DNA of 64,000 nucleotides from an uncultured bacterium (GTDB lineage Bacteria; Cyanobacteriota; Vampirovibrionia; Gastranaerophilales; Gastranaerophilaceae): NCBI GenBank assembly GCA_902765215.1, contig CACWZA010000011.1, positions 10,897 to 74,896 of the forward strand, read 5' to 3'. Shown piece by piece: positions 61,255 to 64,000 of this stretch (position 1 is its first letter; each line of letters starts with the position of its first letter). The notes under the pieces were generated by a model. It saw only the letters and a program-made list of their open reading frames with translations, ran no database searches and was not told where the DNA came from. The position numbers and the translations under genes were made by a program.

Positions 61255-64000
61255 TTAAAATCTAAAATCTACAATTTCTACATTGTAATCTTTGAATACA
61301 GAAGGTTTCTTAACCGTGTTGTACTTAGTTTGGTTAATATACACAGAACGGTTAACTTTTTTGGTTACCTTTTGAATTGAATCGGTTTTGTTCACCCTGA
61401 CAGGCGGAACTTCCTTAACCTGTTGAACGACAGGTGCAACAGGGCTTGTCACTTTTTCCTGAACCTGTTTAACAGGCTGGACAGTCTGTTGTTGTACGCT
61501 TTGAACAGGTTTTTTAACATCAGGGATGCGCTCTACCGTTGGTTTCTGAACGGCAGAATCAAGCTCCTGCTCAACGATTTGCTTATTCACCTGATAAGGA
61601 TTAGGCAGCTGACCGTTGACAGGCTGTCCGTCCTGACCGACAAAAACAGGATCAAGGTACTGTTTCACAGGTTTTGTATCAGTAGTCTGTTTATAAATCA
61701 GTTTTACATCCTGAGATTTATCCAGAGTCGGTTTGTTAACAGCTTTTGGCGTTGCCTTCGCAGGTGCCTGAGTAGTTGAAGCCGGTTTTTGAGGAGTTAC
61801 TTTCTTCTGAACAGGTTTCTGTTGAACCGGTTTTTGAACGACAGGTTTTTCTGTCACAGGAGTTTGTTTTACTGTCTGCTTGGTTTCTTTAACCGTATTC
61901 TGCTGAACAACAGGCTTATTATTCTCTTTTTTCACCTTTTGCTGTTTAGTTTCAGTCTTAACTGTCTTAACCACAACAGGTACGGTTTTTACAATATCGG
62001 TTTCCTGTTCAACCTCAATAATACCCGAACCTTCTTCCGGCTGCTGGTGAATAACCTTCATAGAATCAATTCTGTCCTGATCCTTGAAGTCCATCAATGA
62101 TTCGTCTTTTTTGCGTTTCATACCGTTAATATTAGGCATAATAACACCGTCAGGATGAACATCCGTAACAACCTTTGCAGATACATCCGTATTATATCTG
62201 TAGAACAGTTTGTCTTTTGCTTTTCTGAGAATATTTCTAAAGCTGAATTTAGGTCTTTCCGCTTTTGCTTTCTTTTGTTTAACTTTTTCTTTTGCCATTC
62301 TCTTAGGTTTTTCTTTACCTATTGACTCAATGACAATATCAGGATCTTTTTTAGACTTAAATAATGTTTTCTTAGGTTTTGGATCATCGTGTAATACGGC
62401 AGTTCTTTCTGTCAGCTTACCCATCATACATCTGAAACCGAACAACAGCGCAGCACCGCGTCTGCCGCCGCTTCTTACAGTTGCCTGAGCAAAACCTGAA
62501 TACTTATCAGACCAGCGCTTTTGGATACCCAAACCATATTCAACATAAGGATTTAATGATATTGAAGGTAGTTTAACGCTATCAGCATAGAACCCTGTCT
62601 TATCACAGAAGGTACAGATAACGCTCACGACACCATAAGGCTGCCAGCCGTTCGCTAAATTACCGACAATTTTTATCCCCGGAACAAAATGCATTGAATG
62701 GAGCGGATCAATATCAACCCTTGCACCGTTTGAAGCCTTATAATCATCCATCCATACAAAGGTATAACCCATTGTCATTTGAGGCTGAATTATAACTTTT
62801 CCGTTAGCTATCTCAAAATTATAACCAAATCTGTCGGAAAAACCTGCCATTATAAGGTTTAACAAATCAGAGCCGTAAGGAGTATCACTGTTGTTTATTT
62901 CCCAACCGACACCCGCTGTGAGTGTGTTATAGAAATTTCCTTTATATATATTAATAGTTGCCCCCAATGTTGCACCCTGTTGGGTAGCACTAATATCTTT
63001 AAAGTGGTAACTTGTACCGTTATAGCCCATATATCCGCCATATACCATACGGAAACCATGCCCGATATCAATCAGGTCACTGTCACCGCCTGCGAGCATA
63101 CCATAATTAATAGCTGTTACTTTTGGCCCATGGTGGAACGGAATACTTTCAAATGAAGTATACGGTCTTACCCAAATACTTCTGACTTCCTCAGGCACAT
63201 TAATATATGTAGGATTATAATATGGATCATAAATATTCTGCGATTGATTTTCAGCAGTCGCAATTTTTTTGTACATATTATCTCTTACTCGTTTTGGAAG
63301 CATCATATATGTGAAAGAATGGTACATTGCGTACTCATAATTTGTTAACATATTCATATGTGCTATGTGCTGAGCGACATTACCCGTATATAAAGAAGGG
63401 TTGTAATCGTCGAAGTCGCCGCCGCCTCCGCCGCCGCCTCGGCCAAAGATAAAGTAACCGTCAGATTTATCGTATCTTACTACATATTTATAAACCCTTG
63501 AATATACAGTCTTAACTGATGTAGTTACATTTTTCTTCAACGGGTCATCAGCAAAGAATACTCTCGTTACCTTGCGTTTCGTATCCCTGATGAGGTTCAT
63601 TTTGCTGACATTTATTGTACCGTTTATGTTTTCATAATTATTTGCATTTACTCTGTCCATGACTTTATTTTCAAGATCAACATCAACTCTGACATTTGTC
63701 TTGCCACTCGTTGTCATGGTATTGAAATTAGCATTACCGATTTCATTATTAATCATATTAAGTGTACCGCCCTGTGCATTGAAATTATCACCGGTCATCA
63801 AATCATCATGTGCCATATTGAGGGTTGTTTCACTTAATGTAACTGTTGCATCCGTTATTGTATTGTTTAAATTTACTTCTCCGTTTTGGGTACCCGTAAT
63901 GTTTACCCCATAACCAAATTCTGCACCTGAAATTTTATCGTTAAGGTTAATCTCGCCGTTATCTTCCGCACTCAAAGTAACGGTTGCACCTGCATTCCCT
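61255..64000 (-). CDS. Type Va autotransporter (5' end off-window) with a ~390-aa K/P/V/Q-rich extension after the beta-barrel
   Basis: The frame stays open upstream of the track's TTG 'start' through base 64000 (..GNAGATVT-LSAEDNGE). One passenger unit (LNMINNEIGNANFNTMTTSGKTNVRVDVDLENKVMDR ... YKYVVRYDKSDGYFIF) is followed by a poly-Gly hinge, a linker helix, and an autotransporter beta-domain pattern from SIWVRPYTSFE to GAALLFGFRC (aa ~266-516 of the listed ORF). A long low-complexity tail then ends ...DYNVEIVDFRF. Confidence 0.85.
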   Translation of the reverse strand, partial: GNAGATVTLSAEDNGEINLNDKISGAEFGYGVNITGTQNGEVNLNNTITDATVTLSETTLNMAHDDLMTGDNFNAQGGTLNMINNEIGNANFNTMTTSGKTNVRVDVDLENKVMDRVNANNYENINGTINVSKMNLIRDTKRKVTRVFFADDPLKKNVTTSVKTVYSRVYKYVVRYDKSDGYFIFGRGGGGGGGDFDDYNPSLYTGNVAQHIAHMNMLTNYEYAMYHSFTYMMLPKRVRDNMYKKIATAENQSQNIYDPYYNPTYINVPEEVRSIWVRPYTSFESIPFHHGPKVTAINYGMLAGGDSDLIDIGHGFRMVYGGYMGYNGTSYHFKDISATQQGATLGATINIYKGNFYNTLTAGVGWEINNSDTPYGSDLLNLIMAGFSDRFGYNFEIANGKVIIQPQMTMGYTFVWMDDYKASNGARVDIDPLHSMHFVPGIKIVGNLANGWQPYGVVSVICTFCDKTGFYADSVKLPSISLNPYVEYGLGIQKRWSDKYSGFAQATVRSGGRRGAALLFGFRCMMGKLTERTAVLHDDPKPKKTLFKSKKDPDIVIESIGKEKPKRMAKEKVKQKKAKAERPKFSFRNILRKAKDKLFYRYNTDVSAKVVTDVHPDGVIMPNINGMKRKKDESLMDFKDQDRIDSMKVIHQQPEEGSGIIEVEQETDIVKTVPVVVKTVKTETKQQKVKKENNKPVVQQNTVKETKQTVKQTPVTEKPVVQKPVQQKPVQKKVTPQKPASTTQAPAKATPKAVNKPTLDKSQDVKLIYKQTTDTKPVKQYLDPVFVGQDGQPVNGQLPNPYQVNKQIVEQELDSAVQKPTVERIPDVKKPVQSVQQQTVQPVKQVQEKVTSPVAPVVQQVKEVPPVRVNKTDSIQKVTKKVNRSVYINQTKYNTVKKPSVFKDYNVEIVDFRF

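Overview
AT-rich segment (about 35% GC by eye) from a diderm, LPS-making bacterium, shown by kdsA, an LptF/G permease, a GT8 glycosyltransferase and autotransporters. I cannot assign a taxon from the sequence alone. All domain calls below come from motifs read by eye, not from searches.

Layout:
(1) 1-12060 is the 5' 12 kb of one giant minus-strand gene for a Pmp-repeat, autotransporter-passenger-type adhesin. It is missing from the supplied ORF track only because it has no in-window stop.
(2) 12.4-33.7 kb is mostly housekeeping: dnaG-rpoD, rpmB, speB, punA, pheS, kdsA, mtnA, rsfS and rpiB, plus membrane, TPR and LRR proteins.
(3) 33.8-52.6 kb is an accessory hot spot bounded by tRNA-Ser(GGA) and tRNA-Glu(UUC).
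- An integrase-less, very AT-rich island carries three copies of the tRNA-Ser 3' end.
- That island includes a candidate type I toxin-like small ORF.
- A convergent pair with overlapping stop codons encodes a C3/pierisin-like (R / S-T-T / Q-x-E) ADP-ribosyltransferase and a NADAR-like protein. This is my best candidate for an undescribed system.
- An RTX protein carries a C39-like cysteine-peptidase head.
- A SIR2 homologue lacks the zinc module.
- A 7.15-kb tyrosine-integrase element sits in tRNA-Glu with exact 50-bp att repeats and decayed cargo.
(4) 53.1-57.3 kb holds holB, holA, smpB and lptF/G, with an unexplained structured repeat family after smpB.
(5) 57.5-64.0 kb holds two envelope oddities. 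One is a 1197-aa K/P/V/E tandem-repeat (lipo)protein. The other is an autotransporter whose beta-barrel is followed by a roughly 390-aa K/P/V/Q-rich tail.
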